DNA of 64,000 nucleotides from Lama glama (GCA_028534125.1 CM052816.1:71302001-71366000); one strand, 5' to 3'; positions 11,165-25,065 are shown, counted from the first letter of the stretch. Numbers and translations: made by a program. Notes: a model not told the origin generated them from the sequence alone.

Positions 11165-13854
11165 GCTTCTGCTTCCTGTACAGTTTATCGATCCCTCTGA
11201 ATCCCATAACTTTTGATGCACCTCTTTGCTACAGGTGATGAAAAATTGTTACTAAGTGCTGAATTTTGAGAAAATTCCACAGTTAAGTCTTATTCAGAAA
11301 CAACTGTATTCAATCACCTGCTTTGAAATAGAGATGAGACTTCTATACTTCATAGGAATGATTTGCAAATTAATTCATAAAGGGCCTTAAAGTGTCCTTA
11401 AAATTAAAATTATTATATTGGTCTAACTACTGCATTATTATAAACTTTAAAATCTGCCACTTTCATTAACCTTCATAAACTTGAAATTCCATTTCATGAT
11501 TGAAATAAATTATTTTCATATTTCTCTTAAATTGTGCTGCCTGTTATGCCACAACCATACATTGTGATTTTAGTAATTACAGGAGATGGACTGCTTATGG
11601 GGGTTTAAGATACACAATATAATATTTGCTTTAAAAGGTGTGAAAAAAGCCAATTAATTTTGTAACCTATAAGTGCTATGTCAGGTTTCAGAAGCACTGA
11701 AAGTGCTTTATGATTGATTAATAAAAGTAACTAGATTTAGTGTTTTCATAAGCTTTTATTGGCTAGCCAATAGCAGCAGGCAGGAACAAGGCATAATTTG
11801 TGCATTGAAGAGTTGGAAAGGTTTTGCCTGACACTTTGGACACCCAGATAAGTCACCTTTAGAGGTCTTACTCTTGAGAGATAAAACTGTTGACCATTTC
11901 AGTGTATGCATAATGATGTGAGAATAAATGGATGAATAAATGCATAAAATAAATACTTCATTTTATTAATTGATTAATATATTTTTATTTATCCTTTCAC
12001 AGTGCCAGCTTTCTGCAGAATATTCTATGATTGACAGATCATTTTCATATCACAGCTTCCTTACAGCATAACGTAGCATATAGATTTATTGGCTATGCAA
12101 ATTATAAAGCAGGTAAACTTAGTCATTCGTATCCACTTTACTTTTCATCTTTTTTCTCCTCTTGGGTACAGATGTGTCTTTCCTCTGTATATTTCATAGA
12201 TATGTAATATGTCTTTACCAAACACTCATATTCTGTAAACATTGTTTTTCTCACCCTTTCAAAATATATATCTCTTCATCCCTATTCTTTCATTGTTCTG
12301 CTCTCTACCAGATGAGGCAATGGTTATTAAATCACCAAATAAAAGCCAAGATGACAGTCCATAATAGTGTCACCATTGTTTCTAGCTCACATGTTTGTAG
12401 CTTGTATTAGGAAGCAACAGAGAACGTGTCCCAAAATAAAGGAATGACTCCACTACTGGAGAGTGTAAGCAAGTCGGGGAACGATTTTTTAAAGTTTGAA
12501 AATCAATAGCAAATATTGCAATTTAAAAATAAAAGCCTAATGATACTCCTGACAAGAAAGGGAAAAAAATATGTGCTCATACAGCAGATGGGCTGATTAA
12601 AATATGCTCTCCTGTACTAAAGAGATAAATTCACAGGCAACAATGTTTTCACTAGTGGGAAAGAAAGAAAATAGGGAACTAAAATGTTGAACTCAAATTA
12701 TTAGAAAAAGAACAATTCTAAAGAAAATAGGCACATCGAAAGAAGGGCAGAGCTGGAATATGAGGAAGAGGGAACCCATATATTATATAATATATATTAT
12801 ACTGTAATATATATGGATCTGTTCTATGTACATATAATATGTATATATAATTATATATGTACACATATAAATACATATTGTGTATCTATTTTAAAATCAT
12901 AATATAGAACAATAATAATTAAGATACTAATAAATGGAATATAAACTATTTTTTAAAATAATTTGCTATAAGTCAGCATAACCTATTCCAGATATTTAAA
13001 GATGACTTGTTATTTGGAAATGCAATAATAAAAAAACTGTAATAGGTGAGATTAATGTATGAGGACAATTGATACTGAATTCAGTTATCCCTAATTTTCT
13101 GTGATGGAAAAGATATTTGAAACTGTTTTTTCAACATTTCATTTCACAGTAAACTTCTAGGATAGTTTTATTACCTGTGGCTAATGGCTGAATGTTATGG
13201 CATCTATGAACTGACTGTTTAAAAAAAGGAGAAGGAATTCTTTTCGCTTAAATGTACTTCTTGTTACTTAGAAATCTGTCTCTTAAAAATAATCCATATC
13301 ACATTATACCAATAAAGTATTACTGTTACCTTCCAAAGAAATCTGAGATAACAGGAAACTCCATTGTATCTAGTCAGGTAACCACAACCACTGTCCCCTT
13401 ATTTTGATATTTAGAATAATTTCCTGTTATAATAGTAAAAGAAAATACACCTTGTCAGTAATTTTTGACCTTGGGTATATCTTTAACGTGGGATAACTTA
13501 AGTTGGAAAATGTCAGAGGGAAAGATAAAAATAAACTTACATGCCCCTAACTTGCGTTACTAAACGCAGAGGAACCAAACTTTTCATTACTGCTTGTAAG
13601 ACAAGTAACAGTTGGAAATTCAAAAGAAAAAGAAATTTAGCTCTGTCCATGAGAAAGTCTGGATTATTTTAATGGAAAAGAAGACTTTAGTAATAAAGAC
13701 TAAAATGGGATGTATTCTTTTGAAGAATCTTGTCCTAGAATTTTGTACAAGGCTGCTTATTCATGAATTGAGCAAAAGAAGAAACTGGTGATTGAAAAGT
13801 CATACCAGGTCCCCTTGAAACAGTGTCTTTGGTTTGCTACTTAGGACAGGGTGA

Positions 13855-14350
13855 TAACTGTTATCTCATAGTGCAGAACAGATCACCCAATACTTAGTTT
13901 AAAACCTCTGACGTGTATTCTTGCTGATGAATCCACGAGGACAACTGAGTGGTTCTGCTGATCTGGGCTGGACTCAGCTCATCTTAGCTGGGCCTTCTCT
14001 CATGTCCACAGTCTGCTGGCAGCTCAGCTAGTGACGGGACAGCCTGCAGCAGCCTCAAATGGCCTTCCTCACCGGTCTAGGAGCAGTCCGGCTACTGACT
14101 GGGGCGACAGGGGTGACTGGACCATGTATCTCATTATCCAGCAGGCTAGACAGGGCTTACTCACTTAGCAGCAGAGGGTTTGAAGAGCAAAAGCAAAGGC
14201 CCCAGTGGGCAAACGCTTTACCAGCCTCTGTTTGCTTAGCTAATCCCCTTGACCCAAACGAGTTCCACGGCTAATCCAGACCCAGAGGGTGGGGAGATAG
14301 ATTCTGTTTCTTTATTGGAGTTGGGGAGAATTACAGATGCTTCTACAATG
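13855..14350 (-). mobile_element. MLT1 (ERVL-MaLR, H/I/J-like) solo LTR
   Basis: AACAGATCACCCAATACTTAG...GGTTCTGCTGATCTGGGCTGGACTCAGCTC...AGGGTGGGGAGATAGATTCTG follows the antisense MLT1 layout. Confidence 0.7.
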
Positions 14351-15239
14351 GGCAGCGATACCAGAGCAGTGCTTCTATCAGATGATGCCAGCAGCTCAGA
14401 CATTCTTTAATATTTTGGAGTAATTGACAGCAATTTCATTTCTTATCAGCAACTGCTATTCTCCAGTCTGTCCAGCTACTCATTTTCTTCTATTGTGTAT
14501 CTGCTAGGTCAAATAAAAAATTCAATTTTTTATAATTATCTTATTAACAGAAGGTTATTTTCTTTACAAAAATAAATCTAAAATTACTTTGAATTTGAAG
14601 CTTTTTTTGTTAGAACAAAGAAGTCGTTCTTCAATAGGGAAGAATGTATTCAGGTTGGCATAGTTGGCCGATGTTTTTGACTCTACAGGTGAGAGCTATT
14701 TCAAATTCTTCTAATTGGCAGATAAACTACAAGCTATGTTGGCAAACTTTTTTTCCTTGAACTTGCAATGTAGAATGAAGAATTTCAATTTAATGGCAAG
14801 CAGGAGTATCATATAAGCAGAACCATCACAAAATTATTCTGAAGATTACTTCTGCTCAAACAACCTTAAAATTAAAATTTGAATTTAAATTCTATTTCCT
14901 ATGACATGTCAATGTGATAGAACGTACCAATGATTTTGTTACCAACCTGAGACAAAAGAAGTAAGTGTGCAAATTTAACTCCAGGTTTTGGATAAATGCA
15001 GTGGTACTTGAGGTATTAGGTGGAAGGAGACATCCTTTACTTTGTGAGTTCTACACACCTTCCTTATCAGAACTGTCCCAACCCTAGGGTCTGCCTACTC
15101 TATCACAAGGGTAGGGACTTTTGCTCAGGCTTCCCAACAGGGAAAGTCGTGTTCCTCTAGGACACAGTCCTATTAGTCTAGAGTAGCTCTTTGGCTTTGG
15201 GGATATAGCAAGAGAAATTCATATCCAAGAAGCTACAGC

Positions 15240-15450
15240 TCTAGAGAGTAACTTCCTTTAAATGTTGGATCCAGCTATGGATTCAAGTTCATCCCTTTAC
15301 ATATTCTAGTTATGTGAACTATAAATTATTCTTTTTTTAATTTTAAGGTACATTGGTTTGTATACAAAATAGTTTTGAACTCAAACCATTGTTTTTATGA
15401 ATTAGGATTCTCAGTACTTGTTGCCCTCAAGTTAGTAACAAAGATCAAAC
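15240..15450 (+). mobile_element. Probable old MLT1 LTR 3' end
   Basis: TGGATCCAGCTATG...CTAGTTATGTGAACTATAAATTATTCTTTTT...TTAGGATTCTCAGTACTTG. Confidence 0.45.
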
Positions 15451-15599
15451 AAAATGATTATTTTTCTATCAAAGAACTTTGAAAAATATTCAATTTTAGT
15501 AAAAAAAACACTTTGTTTAATAGCTGACCTTTATTTTTAGCAACATTAAAAGTTATTTTAAAATTGTCATTAAAAAGCCAAGCCATGGAACACAGGTGG

Positions 15600-17460
15600 A
15601 AAATAGAAGTGAATATGTATAAAATATTTTTTGGAAGATATGACATAATTTAAAAGACTGGTGAACATATTTAGTAATGCAAAAATAAACACATCTATAT
15701 GAATTAATCAAAATAAAAAGGAAGACATATATAATTGCAATCTGATCCAATGGCTAATATATATAAATAATTAAATAAAACATATAATTTAAAACACTTA
15801 CAAATAATAAACACTAAGAGCCTTCGATCAGTAAGTGAACAACACATATATGTTTTACACATGAAAAAAATACTACCAGCAAAAATGACCCCCCCCAAAA
15901 AAGTGTGCATATAATAATGTTCATGAGTAAACGAGGGAAGATCATAAAAGGAATCATGAGGTCTTACCCATCTAATCAAGAAGAAAAAGGGATAATACTA
16001 TTAAACTGTTACTTTCTTACATGGTCGATGACATTTTTAATATACATAACATTTTGCAAGGACATTCGTCAACGTGTTTCAAATACTGAAAACATTTATG
16101 TACTTTCTTTTCATCATACCACCTCTGGGAATGTAGTGTATGACTCTACTACAAAATTAGAAAAAATTACATTTAGAAAGTTGTTAATGTCAACATATCT
16201 TTGTGACACTGAAAAATTAAAAGCAATGTAAGGGGTCCAGATATGTGGGTCTATGAAATCATTTTACATTCCTTTACAAGGAACACCTAACAAACTTTAA
16301 AAATGATGGTATTGAAGACCATAAAGCAATAGATATTTTTTGATGTAGCAGTAATGGAAAAGTGGTATACAAATGATACGTCAACTACAGTTATAACTAT
16401 GTTATAACAACGCTACTGTTAATACTCTTTTTCAATAAGTAGCACCAGGAAATTTGCCAGCTCTTTGAATTTCCAAAGTAATTTGAATCCATACCTCATA
16501 CAATACAACAAAGGAAACTGAAATTGCATTAAAAACTTAAAGGGGGAAAAAAGAAAGCATAAATGCTAGAAAAATACAGTGTAATATACATTGCTTTTTG
16601 GAGAGAAAAATATTTGCTGAGTTTGAACGTGTTGAAACAAAGGGAAATATATTTTCCATTACAAAAAATAGATATTTAAACTCCTGATTATCAAATGAAA
16701 ATATGGCTAAAATTAATAGTAAACAATGAAAGTGGAAAACAAATTGAATAATACAGGAAATTTTCTTGAGTACTAAAAATTAGTAAGAAGACACTGAGAT
16801 TTCAGTAGACACTGAACTATTTCACAAAATGAAGTAAAAATAGCTAATGAACAGAAGGAAAATATTCAGCCTGATATTAATGAAAAAAATGTTAACTTGA
16901 AAAGGAGATACTTCCCTTTGTTTATCAAATCAGGAAAGTCGTAACCAATATGTATAATGTGGGGAAGGTAGAGTCAGGTGGGCTCTCACAAGAGATTGAA
17001 GGTATTAATAATTACCATTGCTTTTCTGGAAAGCAATTTGGCAAAATATATCAAAATATTTGTACTCTTCAGTCCAGTAATTTCATTTCTGAAAATCTAA
17101 GCTAAGGGTGGAAATTTGAAGTGCCATTAAAGATTTTGACACAACAATGTTTACTATAGCAGTATTTAACTTGAAAAAAATGTAATGATCAACACTGAGT
17201 GAACGATAAAGTAAAATTACAGTATCCACATGATAGGATATGATAAAGCCTTTAAAAACGTGTACATTTAAAGAAGAAAATATTACACTGGAAAAGTAAG
17301 ATAAATAGTTAATATTTTTATCAGGCTAATAATTTGAATTTTAAAAATCTGTAGAAAAATAACAGAAAATGAAATATTAAATTTCTAATGGTGATTTTCT
17401 CTGAAGTTTGGAATTATGGTAAAAGTTATTGTTTTCTTTTCATCAATTTTCCAAATATGC
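15600..17460 (+). mobile_element. Old L1ME-like fragments (at least two 3' segments)
   Basis: ATACCTCATACAATACAAC, TTTCTGGAAAGCAATTTGGCAAAATATATCAAAA and CCAGTAATTTCATTTCTG are decayed ORF2 C-terminal and 3' UTR motifs. Confidence 0.6.
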
Positions 17461-20400
17461 TGTACACCACGCAATGCCAGGTAACTGCTTTATGATGACG
17501 TGTTTTTATCATCTGTTAATATTGCATTAACAGTTTTTGAGAGTACACTCAGAAATAGAGACACCAAGAGCTAAACACATGTGTCTGGTGCTGCGATTAC
17601 ATTCCATCATATCTTCAAACTGCCATTATGTCTGCATCCATGTTTTCTGAATTCTTAGTTCCAGCTCCAACAGAAAAAGTGTCCTCTAGAGTGCCAGTGA
17701 CAATCTGTTAAAATTAGTTAGTTGAGCTTCAATTTTTCTATCCCCTCCTTCCATTTTTGTGGAAAAAAAAATCACTTGAAACAACAGGAATACAAATCAA
17801 GGGGACAGATGCAGATAGTAAAATCATATTATTGGCTTTTTATTCCCTGAACATGGCTTTAAAAATCCAACATTACAAAGGCAAGCCCCAGCATAAAGTT
17901 CTTCTTTGTTGCTCTGTATACCTCACAGGAAGGAAAGAAAAACAAGGAGATGCAGACAGCGCTCAATCAGGATAAATAATTTATTCAAAAAGGATGCTAT
18001 GTTATGCACCGAATGTCACCCACCATCAGTACAGGTACCTGGACAAGCAATACATTCTATGATGATAGAAAATTCACTACATTGCTTCCAAATGGGTGGT
18101 AACATGCTCTCTAGTAAAATAAATATCTGTGGCAAATGACACATACCGATTTAATGACACTTGGAGTTCATGTGAAGTTTGGCAGTGTAATAAAAGTCTT
18201 ATCTCTTGCTTTCACTGTTATTGCACAGATTTAAACTGCTGTCTCAGAGGCAGTTTTACTATCTTTTTCAATCTACCCCATAAAAGTGAGACTTGATTTG
18301 CTTAGCATGAGAACAGATCAATAAAAGCTAAGTTATACAGCAGATTAGATCACTAACTTGGAGATCAAAGATGTTAAATACAACTTGTATAGAAAAGCTA
18401 GATCAAAAGTTGAGCTCAGACACACGGTACATATTTGCAGAACTCAAAATAGCCTTCACTCTCTAACAACAATTTACCTTAAGTCTTGTCATGGTCATTG
18501 TATGTGAAGTAGGTTACACATGGCTGATAATATTTTAAATATACATAATATATGCATATTTTTAGTATTTTTGTGCTAAATTTCTAAATTAGTCCTCCAA
18601 AACAAATGCTGAACGGAAATGGTGTTCACCAAAGCACGAAGTTCATTTTATAACTTACTGATATTATTAAAATTTTAAGTTCAGTTTTCCTCACAGAAAA
18701 CAAAATATTGAAATGCAAGGCATTACCGCTAATATTTTCTTCTGATTTTTATTTTATAGTAGATCTATACAAAACTTTTGTTGAAATAAAGAAACTTGGT
18801 CTGCAATTCAGTTGTGATTTTGTTGAATTGCTCTATCAAACACACTTGAATATTTGCTTAAATAATTTAAGAAATTAAAAATTGTATTTTATCTTACCCT
18901 TCTCTCTCTCCCACATTTGACCCCATTAAGAACATGCATGGATGCAAGTGTGATATATTCCTTTGTAGGCTTTCTACCAAACATGCAAGGAAACAAATAA
19001 ATAAAATCAATAAAACAGGACAAAACAATCACCACCCCCACTACGACAAAATCCTCAAGGTATAACCTCCAGATGTGAAAATGTAATGTTATTCAACGTT
19101 TTCACTTTGGTGTATTCGTAGCCCTTTAGATTGAACCCTGTCACATAAGCTCATCCAAGTAAAACCTCGTAGTTAAGCAGGACCTCATAGTTTAGCTCCA
19201 GAAGCCCATTCCCCACTCCGCTTTTACACTTAGCATTTCCTGACTCCATCTTCAGCTTTGCAGCGCAACTTAAATTCTGCAGTTCATGGCAAAAGAGACC
19301 TGATTGCCCCAGAAACGTCACTTGTTCCCATCCATATGTTCTCAAATCTCCACAGTCTTTTTAAAAATTCATTTGGCCTCTTGATATGCTGTGCTTTTCA
19401 ATGTTTCTTCAAGATCTGTCCCCAGAAAGCAACATTGACATTGAAGTATAAAAAAGCAAAAATGAGAACAAATCTTACCCTTAGTCACGTATACCCAAGA
19501 TTCTTAACATATCAGTGTGTCTATTTTCCTACTTTGTTTTTATACATACTTTCTCCTTAAAATCACAATGCACATTTTTCTCATTTAAATAAAATGGCAA
19601 GATATTTAATACTGATAATACATATATTATGCATGTACACACACACATATAAAAGTTGTTTACACATGTCAAACACACACATATGTATTTTAACATTGTC
19701 AAATGTATACTGTTCTTTTTTAAAAAATGTAAATAGGAAAAATAGCTTGTAAATTACCACGAATATTCATTACTCAACTGAAAGCCATTTTTTTTGCAAA
19801 AATTGGTAATTCTTTTTAAGAATATTTAGAAATATTGTAGATTGTAGCCAGTCATCACTAATAAATAAAATAATTCTTCTTTTAAAATGTGAAAATTTTG
19901 AGGTTTAGAAAACAAACATGAGAATGTCAATATTTAAGAAATAAATAAAAAAGTGAAATTTTAGATTGCAGTGAGCCAGTCGGTGTGTAGCACTGTCACT
20001 CTCTGTGGCCTCTGGAAGTTGGAAACAGGATAGTGTGTTAATGATATTCATCCGGTAGAGAACATAGTCAAAATCTGATATCAGTGCATTATGACTTGTT
20101 TATGTTCATTTTATGTATTAAGCCGACTATCAGTAGTTTGCACGAGCATTAACTTTCTAAAACGTACTTTAGGTATTTTTATGTAAATCATGTAGTCTGA
20201 TGCGATTGCCTTTGCTCATAGATTTCATGAATTGGGGAGATTTCTTGAAAAAATAGGCAGAAATGTGAAGAAATTTGTAATTGTGATAATTATTTTTAAA
20301 AAAGAATTCTAGGTCTTTAGGTCTCAAAGAAATTTGATCTTAAAATCATCATCAGATAATTTTAGTTATTTGTAATTCATAATTTAAGTTCTAATACTTG

Positions 20401-21804
20401 CTTTAAAATGTGGAGTCCACTGAATACTCATTATTTCAATAAAGCCAATCTACTGACTGAGAAGGAGATACATCTTTAAGAAAAGGAAACAGCACCAGGA
20501 GTAAGAAACACCTGAGATGAATCTTTTTATCTTATGTAAACCAGGTGCGAGTAGTTGATCTGGAAACAGTCTCTGACAAGCAGTGGTCATGATGCCATAT
20601 TGTGGTTGTTTCACACATAACTTTCAGAGTAAATATTACTGCAGAGACGGTGTGTGAAATGCACGAATTTTTAGTTACATTTTCATGATTTCTTTTAAAT
20701 CTTAAACTCTTCTCTTGAGGCAAACTGTTAATAGATATAATTAAAATCCCTTTCTTTCCTCAATCACATTTGTAATATTTCCCCTTCTTTCTATTACTAT
20801 GACTTGGTCTCATTATTATCATGAAGAAGTCATTTTGATAATATAATTCATTTCCATCCTTGAGTGTCTATGAATAATCCTGATTTGTATGTATTTAGTG
20901 CTGGAGGGAATTCTATAACTGAATATCTATATATGTGTATTACTTTTTTGATTAAAACTTTACTTTCTATGTTAGAGATAATAGTCTTTTCTTTTTACTA
21001 ATGATTGAGATGGCACGGTGAATGTATTTCCTGGCACAATCTATCATTCTGAATCTAAAGGCGTTCCAGAATGGTATTAGAGGGTGGTCATCCTGATTGC
21101 AGAAGGAAGACAGATGGTTTCATAAAAAGATTGATTGTTAAGAATGAAGTGGTCAGGAACAAATGCAACATGCAAAGGTTGCCAAAGACTGCTTTATCAG
21201 AAAAATCAGAGTTGAATTCTGGTTTTGACATTCTGCATCTTCATTACAAACAATGCATGCCCAGGAATTTTGAAAATTTCCCTCAGTTTGGAATTAGATT
21301 AAGAAAAATAAATGACATAAATTTATATTATATTAGGACTATTTCCATATTTACTTTAAAAGCCAAGTGAAAGGTGGAGTTAAATAAGCAGCTAAACTAA
21401 TTCAGGAGGAAAAGCATCTTTGCTTTAATTATCTGAATATTTCACTACCTGATCCAGATTTTTATTATATTTTCTTTCTCTTTTTTCTTAATTTGGTCTA
21501 ATTTTTAGTTACACATAAATTTTAGTTATTATAATGTTAAACAATGTGGAATAAAAGAATATATAGAATTTCTTCCTCTGGAAACTTCACTGAAAGAAAG
21601 CTTTACTATGCTTTTCTCTTAAATAGATTAGACAAGGATACTGTACAATCTGAAATTGAAGGACTCATATTTGCAATTATTAAATAAAATCAGCTACTTA
21701 ACCTGTAAACCATGCTTGACAACACATGTTGCAAATCTTGTCCATTCCCCACTATACCTCTGTACCAACGTGGGATAAGAATACTTTTGTTTTTGTAGGT
21801 AGAT

Positions 21805-21859
21805 AGTGACATAGAATCAAAATGGAAAATTACAAAGTGACATAGAATCAAAATGGAAA
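21805..21859. repeat. Tandem duplication with 31-bp period
   Basis: AGTGACATAGAATCAAAATGGAAA occurs exactly at 21805-21828 and 21836-21859. Confidence 0.95.
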
Positions 21860-22145
21860 GTAATTACATCATTTTTCACAATTTACAGTGAATAGGAGTA
21901 GTGTTTCCAAGTCATAAGTTAAGATGATAGCTAGAAAGAATAATGTGTTTGGGTTTTTCTTTTTTGATATGGACTATTTTATAATTATGATGAATCCAAC
22001 TATTTTAATTTTGTCTTTATTCAAATTGGCAAAAAACATCTTACCATATTTTATTCCTCTAGCTTTGACTGCCAGGTACAAACATAATGTTGAATGTTTC
22101 TGTTCTGGGTACAAATTTCCTGCTCCAATTTTTAAGACGTATCTA

Positions 22146-22241
22146 GGGGGAGGGTGTAGCTCAGTGGTAGAGCACATGCTTAGCATGCCATGGTCCTGGG
22201 TTCAAACCCCAGTACCTCTATTAAAAAAAAAAGAAAAAAAA
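22146..22241 (+). mobile_element. tRNA-Ala(AGC)-derived SINE (camelid Vic-1-like)
   Basis: GGGGGAGGGTGTAGCTCAGTGGTAGAGCACATGCTTAGCATG...GGTTCAAACCCCAGTACCTC followed by a poly(A) tail; Pol III A box (TAGCTCAGTGG) and B box (GGTTCAAACC) present. Confidence 0.9.
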
Positions 22242-22988
22242 TCAAGGGCATACCCGCATTTGGTGAGAGATTCCTAAAACAAAAGATGTAAAATTTCAAA
22301 CTAAAATTTAATACTCATTAACATTTTATTAATCGTTCGTAATATTTTATGTCTTTTTTTAACAAACACGTTCTTTGTCTTAAATCGTGAAAAACTATTT
22401 TTGTAATTTAAAAACACCCACAAAACAATAAAATGCATGAACACAATAATTCAGCATGCCTTCATGTAGAATACACGTTCACTTAGTCTGTGATTATTGC
22501 CACTCCTGAAATTGTGTATAAGACAGTAGAACTCATTCCCATACATATTTTTATTCTTCAATCAGTCTTAAGTGTTCCATTTTCAAAAGTACGAGGATTA
22601 AGTCGAGAGGTTAAGAAGAGAAACCTTACCTTAGGTAAAGCAAATACCCTTGGAATGCATGAGGGATGATGGAGGAAAGAAAGCCTGGGCTTTCAATCCA
22701 TGCTTTAGGGCCTCTGTGAGGAAGGAAGCAAGTACGGAGTGTTTACAGGCAAAGTAAAACTCTGGGTTTGACGCAGTGGGGTTGAGAAATTAAACCTACC
22801 CACAATTATGCCTGACTTGCCCACTCCATCTCAAACATTCAAGTTACTTTGTGTTCTGGGACCCTAGTGGGAAATGGGAATCAAGACAAGCAGGTAGGAA
22901 GGAGGTGTCAGGTAATTAGAAAGGCATTGATCATTTTTACAGGGAATCACATAGAAAAGAAAAAAAGAGCAGGAGAAAAGAGTGAATA

Positions 22989-23396
22989 AGATCGATCTAG
23001 AGATTATCATACTAAGTGAAGTAAGGCAGAGAAAGATGAATATCATATGATAATACCTATATGTGGAATCTTTAAAACTGATACAAATGAACTTATTTGT
23101 AAAACAGAAACACACTCACAGACATAGAAAACAAACTTATGGTTACCCAAGGGGAAAGGAGGATAGGGAGGCTAAATTAGGAGCTGGGGATTAACAGATA
23201 CATACCACTATATAAAAAAATCGATTAACAAGGTCCTACTGTACAGCACAGGGATCTATATTCAATATCAATAATCTATAATGAAGAAAAATATGAAAGA
23301 GAATATATGCATATATGTGTATAACTGAATCACTTTGCTGTACATCAGAAACTAACACAACATTGTAAATCAACTATACTGCAATCAAAAAAAAAA
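22989..23396 (+). mobile_element. 5'-truncated L1 3' end with perfect TSD
   Basis: CTAGAGATTATCATACTAAGTGAAGTAAG...CATTGTAAATCAACTATACT followed by poly(A). TSD AAAAGAGTGAATA at 22976-22988 and 23397-23409. Confidence 0.95.
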
Positions 23397-24514
23397 AAAA
23401 GAGTGAATATCCCACCTAACAGTAGTAACTAAAAAAAAGCAAACACCGTCACAGGGTCTCATTGAACTTCAGAGAGGAAGACCCCTGAGAAAAAGGGAAG
23501 TGAAAACAGTCATGCAATGTTTAGTCCTAAAGTCAGATTTGCAAATACGCTGGTAGCAATAAAGTGTTACCTTCTTTATTTTTTTTTCCTGAACATAAAA
23601 ATACAGCTTAAAAATGTTTTTTCTCCTCTTTCTATTTTTACAACTCTGTTTTTCTGACAATGTCTTAAGTTTTTAACCACAAGTTTTTTGTTTTTTTACT
23701 ACTAAGTTTATCTGAGAAATGGATGGAGGAAAGGAGTGGTGGTAGGCAGGGGGGTAGTGATCAAAAAGTAGCTTTTACTGTAACCCAAACTTAAATGTAC
23801 TCAGTTGTTTGAGTCTCTGAAGTGTTTACATACAGAATTATCAGGAAAACTAAGAGAAGAAAAACACATAGAATTTACACGTGCCCTTTTACGTTGGCTT
23901 CTTAAACGTGTCATTTTTGCGGTGAATTTTAGTATAATCAACTTTAGTTTTTGACATTAGCTCCAAGTTTCTATTTGCAAAGGTTTTTCAAGAGACCACA
24001 GGCATTGGTTACATTGGTAATGTCTTTATATTTCCATATTCTATGGTGTCTCTTTTGGGGTTTTGTTTTGTTTTGCTTTTGATTTTTCTCATTGCTTCAT
24101 TTAAACTTGGGAGCATAGACTCACTTTGTATGGTCTGTTTATTGCTGCCTGGTCTTTGCAATCTTCTTCCTATAATTTTGGCTATCGTAAGCTAAATATT
24201 ACAATTAGTAACTCCCAAATTCCAAACTTTAATAAAGATTAATTTCCCACTCATATTACAGTCAATGCAGATCGATGGGGGGGAGGAGAGATTGGGAGAG
24301 AGGGGATTCGTTCTTTGCACCACACAGTTAGGGAGAGACAGCTGTTTCCCTCTGTGCCTCCGCCATCCCCTAAGAAGGGTCAAGGTTATGCACTGAATCT
24401 TATGCATCAGACCCTTAGATGAGGAAAGAGAGTCAGAATCTTAACCACGGAACCAAAAATGATACCCATCACTGCTGCCTAAGTCCAGTAATATGGACTA
24501 GCCATTTGCCCCCC

Positions 24515-25003
24515 TCTTTTTCTTTTTAATTGAAGTCTAGTTGGTTTACAATGTTGTGTTAATTTCTGGTGTACAGCATAGTGATTCAGTTATAGATATA
24601 TATATTCCTTTTCATATTGTTTTTCATTATAGGCTATTACAAGGAATGGAATGTAGTTCCCTGTGCTATACAGAGGTCCTTGTTGTTTGTATATTTTATA
24701 TATAGCAGTTAGTATCTGCAAAACGCAAACTCCTAATTTATCCCTCCCCTCACCTTTCCTTTTTGGTGGCCATAAGTTTGTTTTCTATGTCTGTGAGTCT
24801 GTTTCTGTTTTATAGACAAGTTTATTTGTATCATTTTTTTAGATTCCACATAAAAGTGATATCATATGGTATTTTTCTTTCTCTTTCTGGCTTACTTCAT
24901 TTAGTGTGATAATATCTATGTCCATGTTGCTGCAAATGGCATTATTTTGTTCTTTTTTGTGGCTGAGTAGTATTAATTTATATATATATATGTCTCTCTC
25001 TCC

Positions 25004-25065
<62 letters not shown>

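Noticed and set aside
10565..11221. ~200-aa ORFs spanning the first gap (likewise 42832-43476)
   Set aside because: Artefacts of translating N runs.
19164..19196. 18-bp-period imperfect duplication (also CTTCAAGAAAACAAA twice at about 53428-53465)
   Set aside because: Ordinary micro-duplications with no further structure.
22146..22220. Functional tRNA-Ala gene (also 25403-25478)
   Set aside because: Extended G-rich head, A-tail, stem mismatches and two diverged dispersed copies indicate a SINE.
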